In this document: in pieces, positions 30,307 to 39,426 of the stretch | Layout of the letters: every line of letters starts with the position of its first letter | How positions within the stretch are numbered: the stretch's first letter is position 1 | NCBI GenBank assembly: GCA_965222235.1 | Contig: OZ244939.1 | Location: forward strand, 94,041-158,040 | Reading direction: 5' to 3' | Source of the DNA: Minisyncoccota bacterium | Lineage (GTDB): Bacteria > Patescibacteriota > Minisyncoccia > Phycocordibacterales > JABAAK01 | Length of the DNA: 64,000 nucleotides | Notes under the pieces: generated by a model | What the model was told of the DNA's origin: nothing | The model's input: only the letters and a program-made list of their open reading frames with translations | Databases searched by the model: none | Program-made: the position numbers and the translations under genes

Positions 30307-31335
30307 TTATTTCGACAGCAGTGCGCGGCGATGAAAATCCAGATGTCCCGTCTGAATGCTTCTGCCGATACCTCTGATGACGGCATACTCCGGTTCGTCC
30401 GCGACGTACACCGGCACATTAATCTGACGCTCAATAACTTGTGCGATATTGTTGAGCTTCGCGACACCGCCGGTTAGGATAATACCCCCTTCAATAATAT
30501 CGGAAGCGAGTTCGGGGGCGGTGTTCTGAAACAGATTCACAATAGTCTCCAGTATCTTCTGTATCTCACCCTGAACCGCCTCGGCGATATCGTTGGATGT
30601 AATGCGAATAATGCGGGGGAGTCGGGAGTTAACATCACTCCCTTTCACCTTTACCTCCGACGGCGATTCGGAAAGCGTGGCGGAACCGATGGTTTCTTTC
30701 ACCTGCCTGGCGACATCCTCGCTGATGAGCAGATGGTGCTGGCGCTGTATGTGCCGGACGACAGATGCATCCATATCATTTCCGCCGATTTTCGTTGAGC
30801 TGTAGCCGCTCATACCTCCCAGAGATATGACGGCGGCTTCGGTCAGACCCGCACCGATGTCGGTAATCATACGGCCGTGCAGTTCATCGCGGTCCATGCC
30901 GACACCGAACGCGGCAAGAATGACTTTTTGCTCGGTGAAAACATTTCTGGCGCCGGTGCGCTTGCAGGTCTGAATCACCGCACGCTCTTCCATGCTGGTG
31001 ACTTCGGTCGGGGTGCTGATTAAAATGTCGTTTCTGATAACCTGAAACATACCCCGAACTTTTTTCAGCGCTTCATACAGGTATTGCTCGGCGATGCGTT
31101 CATCCTGAATGACGCCGTGAGAAACAATGTTATGTATTGATATACTGTCCGGCGCCCTGCCGACCATTTCATGCGCGCAGTCGCCGACACATACCAGCTT
31201 CTTATGCTTCTCTTCTCCCTCAAACGCAAGTGCGCTCGGCTCGTCAAAAACGATACCGTTGTACGGAAGATATATCCTGGTGCGTGAGGTACCCAAATCA
31301 ATGCCGACATCGCGGGAAAAGGAGAATAGTGCCAT
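30307..31335 (-). CDS. Second MreB-family actin
   Basis: GIDLGT, MVGRAP, DIGAG, PELASDI, LTGGVA; start moved to MALFS. Confidence 0.9.
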   Translation of the reverse strand: MALFSFSRDVGIDLGTSRTRIYLPYNGIVFDEPSALAFEGEEKHKKLVCVGDCAHEMVGRAPDSISIHNIVSHGVIQDERIAEQYLYEALKKVRGMFQVIRNDILISTPTEVTSMEERAVIQTCKRTGARNVFTEQKVILAAFGVGMDRDELHGRMITDIGAGLTEAAVISLGGMSGYSSTKIGGNDMDASVVRHIQRQHHLLISEDVARQVKETIGSATLSESPSEVKVKGSDVNSRLPRIIRITSNDIAEAVQGEIQKILETIVNLFQNTAPELASDIIEGGIILTGGVAKLNNIAQVIERQINVPVYVADEPEYAVIRGIGRSIQTGHLDFHRRALLSK

Positions 31336-31393
31336 GTACGGAGTATACCACAGCGGTATTTTAGCATCCCCTTCCCTGCTACACTGGGTATGT

Positions 31394-31669
31394 ATGGACT
31401 CAATCGGCAGACATATTCCGTCTTTTTTGAAGGATAAAAAAAACCCGACCTCGGAGCGGGCCCATGTAATACAGACAATATGCGACACGCTGTTTGACGA
31501 TACACAGTTCAAAAAAATACTCGGTCAGACGCGGCAATTTACGGTGAGTGAAATCAGATCAATTTTTGACCAGTCAAAGGGCTGGGAGAAAAACCCTCAG
31601 GCGCTTTTCTGGAAACTGTTGCGGGAAAAACAGGTACTGATCCGCGATCAGATCGATCCGGACAGCTAA
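31394..31669 (+). CDS. Hypothetical protein (91 aa)
   Basis: MDSIG...TSERA...KNPQALFWKLL; TGCTACACT upstream. Confidence 0.65.
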   Translation: MDSIGRHIPSFLKDKKNPTSERAHVIQTICDTLFDDTQFKKILGQTRQFTVSEIRSIFDQSKGWEKNPQALFWKLLREKQVLIRDQIDPDS

Positions 31670-31899
31670 GCCGCCGCCGATTTTAGATACGCAATGATGT
31701 CATCGCTTTCATACATCGTGATATTTTTTTCTTCGTCTATGAGAAACGGCACCTGGCGCTTTCCGCCGCGCTTCATCAACAGGTCACTGTGTTCCTGCTC
31801 CGCTATATCCTTCAGTGTCACCGGTATGTTGTGCTCGTTGGTGAACGCGAGAACTTTCTGGCAGAACGGACAGTTCGGTTTGTATAGCAGTGTGTACAT
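31666..31899 (-). CDS. Glutaredoxin/GST-N domain protein
   Basis: CPFCQKV, GGKRQVPFL, MYESDDII. Confidence 0.9.
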   Translation of the reverse strand: MYTLLYKPNCPFCQKVLAFTNEHNIPVTLKDIAEQEHSDLLMKRGGKRQVPFLIDEEKNITMYESDDIIAYLKSAAA

Positions 31900-32017
31900 A
31901 AATATATTTCTTTTAAAATAGTAATGGTCACATTGTATCATATCCGCCGTGTGGTACCATGTGGAAGGATGTACGCTGTGCACCTGTCTTCAACAATCAA
32001 AAGAGGAGTATCCCTCA

Positions 32018-33466
32018 ATGATTACCCTTCCGACACGACCGAGCATTCACCGGATACGGCGGGAAACCGTCCGTGTCTACAAACATCTGGCCGACTTTTC
32101 CATAACCGCGAAAGTGTCGGGCAACGCGGAGAGAGACGCCGCCATCGGCGCCGCTCAATCCAGAAACCCCGCCACTCTGCTGGAGCGCATGCTGGAGCTC
32201 ACCCTCCAGGCGGTGAAGCGCATCATCGGTCGATATTTCCGTAACTACGGTCATTCATCGGTTGGCGAAATGGGCAACCTCTATCTTTCCTTTGAGGGAA
32301 TTTCAATGATCGGCGCACTGCGCACGATTAATTTCCCGCTCTTCAGGGGACAAGAAGCGTCAACCCGATATCTTGACTTCAGCGAGCCGCGGTACAGACT
32401 CCCTCAGTCCCTGTCCGTAAATCAGCATCTCCTTACCACCGTTGAACATGCGGTGCATGAGTGGTTTGGTCTGTACCGCGATGTGCTGGATATATGCCGA
32501 AATGCGTTCCGCAAAGACGGCATGCCGGAGAGTGAGATTGAGCCGCGCGCATTTGACATCGCGGGGGCATTTCTGCCCGTCGCCGCGAAAACAAGTGTAG
32601 TCATGACCTGCGATATACGGAACGCAATTGAGCAGGCGTGGCGCCTGCAGTCACATCTGGATGAAGAGGAGACACGCTGCATCGGCGAACACATGCTCGC
32701 GATAATTGACAATCTGTGCCCCAACTCGGTGAAGGAGCGTACGGAACAGGACTTGGCGGACTTACACTATGTCAGAACGATGCTGTGGGTGCTGAGCCGG
32801 GAGGACTCCGATGTATCGGCGGCACGTCAGCACAATCTCTGCTTCGCTGCAAGCACGGCCGACGCGGAAGACAATGACGGTCAGCTGAGCGACAATGAGG
32901 GGGGGGTTGCGGCTCGGATGGACTACGGGAATTTCAATTCGCAGGCATTATTCAAGGATGTCATCATGAATCCCGGTCGGGACGTCGTCCTTCGTCGCCC
33001 CGACAGCATTCTCGGACGATACGGTTCCATCACCGGCACCGGTGAGCTGTCATTCCGCTCCATGCGGGACATGTGGCGGCACCGTCCGTACGCCAAGGAG
33101 TTCCATCTCCTCCCGTACACCTTCGCCGACTGGTACATCCGGCAGCTGCCAATCGAACACCGATCACGGATTGAGGAACGAATAGACGCTATCTACAGCA
33201 CGCTGAAGCCCGTTGGGATACAACTGAGAAAAGACCTGCTCTACGCGATGCCGATGGGAATAATGAGCCGGTTTGAAATGACCGGGCCGCTGGACAAGTG
33301 GCTGTATCTCCTCAGACTTCGTTCCGGCGTGAAGGTGCATCCCGAAGTTCGGGGCATCGTACACAGCTGGATTCGCGATCTGGCGGAACACCTGTCATGC
33401 TCTGAAGACCTCTTCGGAGATATGACCCCGTCCGCGGATTACCGCAAGCGGTCCGGCGACAAATGA
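32018..33466 (+). CDS. thyX: Tandem-domain flavin-dependent thymidylate synthase (ThyX/Thy1 family)
   Basis: YGHSSVGE, QEASTRY, RDMWRHR, LRLRS...VHP; GAGGAG upstream of ATG 32018. Confidence 0.8.
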   Translation: MITLPTRPSIHRIRRETVRVYKHLADFSITAKVSGNAERDAAIGAAQSRNPATLLERMLELTLQAVKRIIGRYFRNYGHSSVGEMGNLYLSFEGISMIGALRTINFPLFRGQEASTRYLDFSEPRYRLPQSLSVNQHLLTTVEHAVHEWFGLYRDVLDICRNAFRKDGMPESEIEPRAFDIAGAFLPVAAKTSVVMTCDIRNAIEQAWRLQSHLDEEETRCIGEHMLAIIDNLCPNSVKERTEQDLADLHYVRTMLWVLSREDSDVSAARQHNLCFAASTADAEDNDGQLSDNEGGVAARMDYGNFNSQALFKDVIMNPGRDVVLRRPDSILGRYGSITGTGELSFRSMRDMWRHRPYAKEFHLLPYTFADWYIRQLPIEHRSRIEERIDAIYSTLKPVGIQLRKDLLYAMPMGIMSRFEMTGPLDKWLYLLRLRSGVKVHPEVRGIVHSWIRDLAEHLSCSEDLFGDMTPSADYRKRSGDK

Positions 33467-33474
33467 AACTTCAC

Positions 33475-33510
33475 CCCCTCCGAACCGGGCATCCGGTTCG
33501 GAGGGGTTTC
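33475..33510 (+). terminator. Terminator hairpin after thyX
   Basis: Perfect 14-bp stem CCCCTCCGAACCGG-GCAT-CCGGTTCGGAGGGG then TTT. Confidence 0.8.
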
Positions 33511-33571
33511 CTTATATCAACGTGTGTATTCCACTTGTCACTTCCCCGCCGTCATATATACTGTTATATAT

Positions 33572-33643
33572 TCCGCGGTAGCTCAGCGGTAGAGCAACCG
33601 GCTGTTAACCGGTAGGTCGCAGGTTCGAATCCCGCCCGCGGAG
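33572..33643 (+). tRNA. tRNA-Asn (GTT)
   Basis: TCCGCGG/CCGCGGA acceptor stem, ACCGG-CTGTTAA-CCGGT anticodon arm. Confidence 0.96.
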
Positions 33644-33656
33644 CCCAATAGTACAA

Positions 33657-33874
33657 AGAGAAGAAAAGTATCTTTCTATCCGCGACTTTACCGACAATAT
33701 GAAACGCGAAGCCTACGAAAGACAGAAGGGTTTCTGTGTGAAATGTGAAGATTATTTTGAGATTGAAGAAATGGAGGCTGATCACACTGACCCTTGATAT
33801 GAGGGCGGTAAAACAATTACAGAAAATTGCCAGATGTTGTGTAAAAAGACAGCCGGATTAAAACTAGAAAGTAA
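33657..33874 (+). pseudogene. HNH endonuclease C-terminal remnant (DUF262/GmrSD-HNH-like tail)
   Basis: Manual translation EEKYLSIRDFTDNMKREAYERQKGFCVKC...EMEADHTDP*YEGGKTITENCQMLCK; internal stop, probable frameshift, no start. Confidence 0.8.
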
Positions 33875-34079
33875 AATGAAAAGATTGTTCCCTAGTGTCT
33901 AATACACGAGACATATGACGATGTGTGCAATGGGTTAGAAGTGTATTCAGAAGCGATACATTACGGGAAAATTATTAATGGTGGAATAAAGCATTGTCGC
34001 CATATTTATTATGAAGATATAATGAAAGTTTTGAGTACAGGAAAATATTGGAAAAATATATAACAATATTTTTTATTAT

Positions 34080-34253
34080 TTATCCACCCCTGGTTATGGT
34101 TTCCCCTGGATTTGGTTTGGGTAATGTTTGGGGATTTTGAGGATCACGCCCCTTGGTTATAGTTTCCCCTTGATTTGGTCTTGGTAATACAGAAGAATCA
34201 TCCTTTGACGGTTTTGACGGTTGTGGTTGGGCTGATTTATTATCTTTGGACAT
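34080..34253 (-). CDS. 57-aa Pro-rich peptide with two LP(R/K)PNxGETIT(K/R)G repeats
   Basis: Repeat visible in DNA and protein; own TGATATACT -10 upstream. Confidence 0.7.
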   Translation of the reverse strand: MSKDNKSAQPQPSKPSKDDSSVLPRPNQGETITKGRDPQNPQTLPKPNPGETITRGG

Positions 34254-34284
34254 AATTAAATAATAGCAGTATATCACAAAAAAT

Positions 34285-34773
34285 CTAAATTATTAAGGAC
34301 AGTATAAATGGAAGTACCAGTAGGAATGAAGCAGCGATGAAAAAATATACTGCCCAACGATATAATAAAACTTTTTTCTCTAAAATACTGTTATTATTAG
34401 TAAAAGCATGTTGAGCGTCACTTATGAGTTGTAAAAGTAAATCTTTTTCAGGCTTTTCTAAATATTCAGGGTATTTCTTAAGATTTACAGAAATTGTTAA
34501 GTATTTTTTAGGGTGAGTTACAATAAGAAGGAAAATCACTGAAACTATAAGTAGCAATAAACCAGACATGCTTGCACAAAGACTTTTTCCACCAAGATTG
34601 TCAATAATAATGGGTACTGAAATAAATGCTGAATATCCAGTCATTAGAGCAATCTCAATTCCTATTAAAGTTGCAGCTTTTCCATCCAAACAATTATCGG
34701 CACTTGATAGGTGATCAATCTTGTTTTTCACTGATTCAAATAAAATTTTAAGCCCGTTATTTTCTTCTTTCAT
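34285..34773 (-). CDS. Three-TM protein resembling the DUF5706/Pycsar TM effector fold
   Basis: LDGKAATLIG, TM..HPK, N..ILEKK..L before the last TM. Confidence 0.6.
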   Translation of the reverse strand: MKEENNGLKILFESVKNKIDHLSSADNCLDGKAATLIGIEIALMTGYSAFISVPIIIDNLGGKSLCASMSGLLLLIVSVIFLLIVTHPKKYLTISVNLKKYPEYLEKPEKDLLLQLISDAQHAFTNNNSILEKKVLLYRWAVYFFIAASFLLVLPFILSLII

Positions 34774-34842
34774 TTAATTTTCACACTTTTATAATGTACA
34801 GTTTAACATAATATTTTTATCCTCTGTTATAATAATACCTAT

Positions 34843-36138
34843 ATGAATACACGGAATAGATGGCCTAAGCAGGATGTGAAACATGATGATATCGTTTTTG
34901 ATACCTATAATCCTCGATTACCTCTCGAGCAGATAGGAATGCTGAATCAGGAAAAACTTTATAATTTCTTGATAGAAAGCGGGGCTGACAGGATAGCGTA
35001 TCAGATGCGTATTGATGGCTTTCATAACAGTGAAATACTAATCGTAGTGAAAGAGGGTAGCAAATTTGTGGTTGTTGACGGCAACAGACGCCTGGCAGCT
35101 TTTCGGTATGCATGTAAAAAAGAATGGGTAGACGGTATTATCACCTTATTGCCCATCACTATCGCTCCGTCCCGGGAAGAAGCCGATCAGGAGATAGTAA
35201 CTAAACATGTCGGCAATCTAAAATCTAATTGGAATTCATTGAATCAATTAAATAAGTTGCAGGAAATTGTTTCAAGATCAAAAGTATCATTGGTTGAAAT
35301 TAGCAGACAACATCCAGCGCTAGGAAAAGAAAAAGGAATAAAAAGAAGATTAAAAAATCTTGCGATATATAATATTATTACTCGGCAACCATGGTTGACT
35401 GAGAAAGAAAAGAACATCCTCAAACAGCGCGGTATTAACATGATTAATCGTTTTTTCACCTCGAAATCCAGCAATGTATTTTTTGATTGGGATGCTATGG
35501 ATTATCCGTTTGATGAATTAGAATTGGAACGAAAAATTAATGACCCCGCGAGCAAGCGTATTATTAAACGGTATATCTTAAACAGGAACACATCAGCACA
35601 AATTAAAGCTTCGGAGGTAGAGAAGATATATCAATCCACAACATCTTCATCAGAATCCGACAAACAAGGCAGAAAGGTTTCTACTCAAAAGAAAACTACA
35701 GAGCGAACAGTTTTGGTGCCGAATGACTGCACCATTACCATAATAAAGCAAGGGAGAATAAAAAATATATACTTGGAACTTAAAAATGATCTACGGGTGG
35801 ATAAAACACCGAATGCGGCTGCAGTACTTTTCAGAGTTTTTATTGAGTTGAGCTTAGATCACTACCTGGAGAAAAAGATGAGGTATATTCCCGGAAGAAA
35901 CGAGAACATTTCTGGAAAGATCACTAAAGTTACGAACTATATGGAAAAAGAAGAAATTGCCAATAAAAACCAACTGAACAATATCAGGGGCGTTGGATCT
36001 GGAAACACTTACTTAAGTATAGAGAATTTTCACGCATATGTACACTCAACAAGAACTTCACCGACGCCGGAGGATATCAAACTGAAGTGGGACAATCTGC
36101 AGGAGTTTTTTGAGATGTTGTGGGATGATGTATCATAA
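34843..36138 (+). CDS. ParB/Srx-domain protein with helical (HEPN-like) C-terminal domain
   Basis: NPRL, VVVDGNRRLAA; PNAAAVLFRVFIELS...FHAYVH. Confidence 0.75.
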   Translation: MNTRNRWPKQDVKHDDIVFDTYNPRLPLEQIGMLNQEKLYNFLIESGADRIAYQMRIDGFHNSEILIVVKEGSKFVVVDGNRRLAAFRYACKKEWVDGIITLLPITIAPSREEADQEIVTKHVGNLKSNWNSLNQLNKLQEIVSRSKVSLVEISRQHPALGKEKGIKRRLKNLAIYNIITRQPWLTEKEKNILKQRGINMINRFFTSKSSNVFFDWDAMDYPFDELELERKINDPASKRIIKRYILNRNTSAQIKASEVEKIYQSTTSSSESDKQGRKVSTQKKTTERTVLVPNDCTITIIKQGRIKNIYLELKNDLRVDKTPNAAAVLFRVFIELSLDHYLEKKMRYIPGRNENISGKITKVTNYMEKEEIANKNQLNNIRGVGSGNTYLSIENFHAYVHSTRTSPTPEDIKLKWDNLQEFFEMLWDDVS

Positions 36139-36955
36139 AAGTAGTATGAAAACACCGCTTAGGTATCCTGGAGGGAAGGCGAAATTCGCTCCATATTTTT
36201 CTAATTTCATAGACGAGATGGGTATTAAAGATGCTATTTTTGTTGAGCCATTCTGCGGTGGTGCGGGTGCGGCGATAAAATTGTTGTTAGCAAGGAAGGT
36301 AAAAAAAATTTATATCAATGATTTTGACAGAAGTATTTATGCATTTTGGCATACCATCCTTAATGATTCAGAAAAAATAATTAAAAAAATCAGAAGGGCC
36401 CCTGTAACCATAGAGCAATTTGATAAGCAGCGACTTATACAAAAAAGGAAAGATTCCGTTGATTTATTTACCTTGGGATTTTCCACCTTTTTTTTGAATC
36501 GTACCGCTTTTTCAGGTATTTTGACCGGTGGTCCGATAGGCGGCAGAGCGCAAAACGGTCCGTATATGTTAGGGTGTCGTTTTAACAAAGAAGATTTGAT
36601 ACAGAGAATACAACTATTGTTCCGTCATAAGAATCAAATAAAGATTTTTAATAAAGATGCGGTTGATTTTTTGGCGATGCTTGTTATAAAAAAACTGCCG
36701 AAATCAAGAACAATATTTTACATCGATCCTCCTTATTTTGAAAAAGGTGTGTACTTGTATAAAAACAGCTATTTAACAGAAGATCATAAAGTGCTGGAAA
36801 ACACACTAAGAAAAACAAAAAAAGCAATTTTTGTTTCTTACGATAATAGAAAAGAAATTAAAGAGATATACTCCTCATGGCAATCTCACATGGTTGATGT
36901 CTCCCATTTTGCCAGGAAATATAAACCAGCTAAGGAAATTATTTTTTACAAATAG
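36128..36955 (+). CDS. Dam-like (D12 class) DNA adenine methyltransferase
   Basis: TPLRYPGGK, VEPFCGGAG, FLNRT, YIDPPY; overlaps the upstream stop. Confidence 0.93.
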   Translation: MYHKSSMKTPLRYPGGKAKFAPYFSNFIDEMGIKDAIFVEPFCGGAGAAIKLLLARKVKKIYINDFDRSIYAFWHTILNDSEKIIKKIRRAPVTIEQFDKQRLIQKRKDSVDLFTLGFSTFFLNRTAFSGILTGGPIGGRAQNGPYMLGCRFNKEDLIQRIQLLFRHKNQIKIFNKDAVDFLAMLVIKKLPKSRTIFYIDPPYFEKGVYLYKNSYLTEDHKVLENTLRKTKKAIFVSYDNRKEIKEIYSSWQSHMVDVSHFARKYKPAKEIIFYK

Positions 36956-37183
36956 TCATTTCAAAAGATATATAGTGGAAATCTCTATGCTCAAATGGCT
37001 ATTTCTGTACAGGTAATACAGTAATTGGAAAAATCTTCCAACTTATTTTTCATTTTTCGTATTGAGGTGGTGTTGCCGCTTACAATGTATTCCTTGCAAT
37101 TTTACTCTTCAAAAATATCATCAATGGTCATAGTAATACCATTTTTGATTTCAGATAGAACAATTTCTAAAATGTCCCCTCTT

Positions 37184-37999
37184 TTATTTGTTTATTTTCC
37201 ATATATTTTCTTTTAAACTTATTTTACCCTGTTTCTTCAAATTCTGCTGCGCACCTCTAACTAAATGTTTCCATTTTTTACCAAAGTGTTGACCATTTAT
37301 AATCCGATCTATTGTGTCATCACAAATATCCGGATGCGCCCTTCTGATATGTTTATTTAAACTGTCGGTTGACAATCCTTCGTGCTTATCAAGTAGGTAC
37401 AATATAGTATCTGAGAATATTCCATTTACTGTCTTACCCCCTTTTACACGATTTTTCATAAGCAACTCATTGAGTGCGCTATGTTTTCCGTCATCTTTTT
37501 CAATGATCTGCTCAATCCTTTCTGTCATTTCTAAGATCTCACTTAAAAAATTTCTGTCAAAGATATTTCCAAGAGAAAAATATTTCCGCAAATCACCCTG
37601 GATTAATTCAACAGTCTCCGTATCGCTAAACAGCACTCCGTATTCAAGATTGTTATATATCCCGCCACTTGTCAGATTTGCTGATGTAACTATTGCTTTT
37701 GTATTGTCTGTTATATAGATTTTGGCGTGTAAATTTTCCACACTTGATACTTTCACATTTTTAAATTTTTTGAAAATATCGACCATTGAATTTGGATCAG
37801 TAATACCTCTAACGATATTACTACAACTCAAATTTGCAAGAATTGTAACCGTGCAGTTTTTATTACCTGAATTCAATAAAAAATCAACGCCGACCTTGTT
37901 TATGAATGGAGAGCTTATTATTATTTCCTTCCTTGCTCCACTGAGAAAATTCCTAAAATCAGAGGCCCAATTTTTTGCTAATAACCTCGCTTCTGCCAT
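37184..37999 (-). CDS. PLD-family (single HKD) nuclease with C-terminal winged-helix-like domain
   Basis: SSPFI, LHAKIYITD, TSANLT..G..NNLE; WKHLVRGAQQNLK. Confidence 0.85.
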   Translation of the reverse strand: MAEARLLAKNWASDFRNFLSGARKEIIISSPFINKVGVDFLLNSGNKNCTVTILANLSCSNIVRGITDPNSMVDIFKKFKNVKVSSVENLHAKIYITDNTKAIVTSANLTSGGIYNNLEYGVLFSDTETVELIQGDLRKYFSLGNIFDRNFLSEILEMTERIEQIIEKDDGKHSALNELLMKNRVKGGKTVNGIFSDTILYLLDKHEGLSTDSLNKHIRRAHPDICDDTIDRIINGQHFGKKWKHLVRGAQQNLKKQGKISLKENIWKINK

Positions 38000-38320
38000 A
38001 AATGAATTTAATAGTCGTTTTCCCCAACCTTAGCTTTTATTATCACAATCGGGAAAAGTGTACCGTATTCCATTACATTTAGTATACCTTACAATATTAA
38101 ACAACAACCGCAAAAAATAAGGAAATCCGTCCACATATAACCCTGAACAGGAAGATATATGGGCAGATTACTGAAGTCCTCCCCCACCATCACAACCCAT
38201 ATTTTCTTTTTCAATTTGTCCGTCGCCTCACCCATTCAAAAACAGGAAATTCCTGGTGTTATACTAAACTTTATACAAAGGCTATAGATATACAAAATAC
38301 GAAAGCGGTGAAAAATATCT

Positions 38321-38551
38321 CTATTTCTCTATATTTACTCTTCCTCCACCCAAAAAAACAATACACAAATATACCCATAGCCAACCGCCAAGAATCCAAA
38401 ATGTCAACAGGGTTAATATGATGTGGAGTGCGTGGTTAATTGGTTTTTTTACTGAGACAAAATGCTCCGTTTCAGCCGTAATAATATAACCTCTCCGCAG
38501 ATAAGATTGCACTGTTTCCCTTGTATAGGTTTTTTTATTTTTGGCTGGCAT
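38321..38551 (-). CDS. Small membrane protein
   Basis: KPINHALHIILTLLT...WLWVYL; TGATATACT upstream. Confidence 0.7.
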   Translation of the reverse strand: MPAKNKKTYTRETVQSYLRRGYIITAETEHFVSVKKPINHALHIILTLLTFWILGGWLWVYLCIVFLGGGRVNIEK

Positions 38552-38965
38552 ATGTAAATAGTATATCACCTTTTATAACTTAACACGAAAGGAAATCCGA
38601 CTTTGTCCTCAAAACAATACACGAACAAATTTCTTGATATTCCCAAACCTTTCACCACCATTTTCTTTTTCAATCTCTTTTCGCCGCCGTTTTGCGCTTC
38701 ACGCGATTTTAATCGGCAAAAGAAAATGGATACTCACAACAACAATGTTATGTGTGTTGCTCTCTGCCACGGGGAGCGGAGCGCACGGATGGGTTGGTAT
38801 GAGCGGAGCGAATACGAGCCCACATTGAGGCGAGACGATTATCTGGCGACACTTTTGGGTTGGGGTTAAAGCTCTGGGGCGGATTGAGCGTGCGAGGTGT
38901 CGTCGGTGCATTGTCGCTCAAATTTCAACACTATCCCACCCTGAGAGCCCAATGGTAAAAGACGA

Positions 38966-39006
38966 CACACCCCCGCCCTGCTTCCGCAGATATTGCTGAT
39001 AGTATT
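38966..39006 (+). repeat. Left arm of ~40-bp inverted repeat
   Basis: CACACCCCCGCCCTGCTTCCGCAGATATTGCTGATAGTATT; matches the reverse complement of 40029-40068 with 2 substitutions and 1 indel. Confidence 0.9.
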
Positions 39007-39273
39007 CCTCCGCTTTTAAAACTCGATCACGGGCAGTATCTCCGTTACAGAGGAATCCAATGTTTACAAAAGAAGATATTGGCGGAATACACCGCCTCGC
39101 GCCAGAGCAAGAAATGCGGTATCTTTGAAATCAGTGTGGAGGTGTGCGTACCGATCATTAAATCTCTTTCCATCTCGTTATCAAAAAGGGATCCCTATGG
39201 TCATCTCTGGAATCTGATCAAGGAATCTCAAATTGATGATGAATCCGTTGAAAACATACCCCTCTATGATTGA
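38974..39273 (+). CDS. Hypothetical ORF, start uncertain
   Basis: Frame is open from the left repeat to TGA 39273 and followed by a terminator; ATG 38952 is one base out of frame across a C5 run. Confidence 0.4.
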   Translation, partial: RPASADIADSIPPLLKLDHGQYLRYRGIQCLQKKILAEYTASRQSKKCGIFEISVEVCVPIIKSLSISLSKRDPYGHLWNLIKESQIDDESVENIPLYD

Positions 39274-39284
39274 CGAGATATTGT

Positions 39285-39311
39285 GACCCCGCTGAAAAGC
39301 GGGGTCCTTTT
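39285..39311 (+). terminator. Intrinsic terminator
   Basis: GACCCCGCT-GAAA-AGCGGGGTC then TTTT. Confidence 0.7.
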
Positions 39312-39426
39312 GCACCGGTTGCCGACTTGGCGGTTTATTTTTGATAGTATCAGAATTTCTTGATTTTTTTTAAAATTCACAGTATTATATATATGCATTT
39401 ACTTTATTCAAAGAGGAGGCGGACAA

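Noticed and set aside
33795-33797. TGA recoding (code 4 or 25) in the HNH remnant
   Set aside because: TGA ends intact genes (greA, miaA, thyX), long core ORFs translate cleanly in code 11, and the remnant has other lesions
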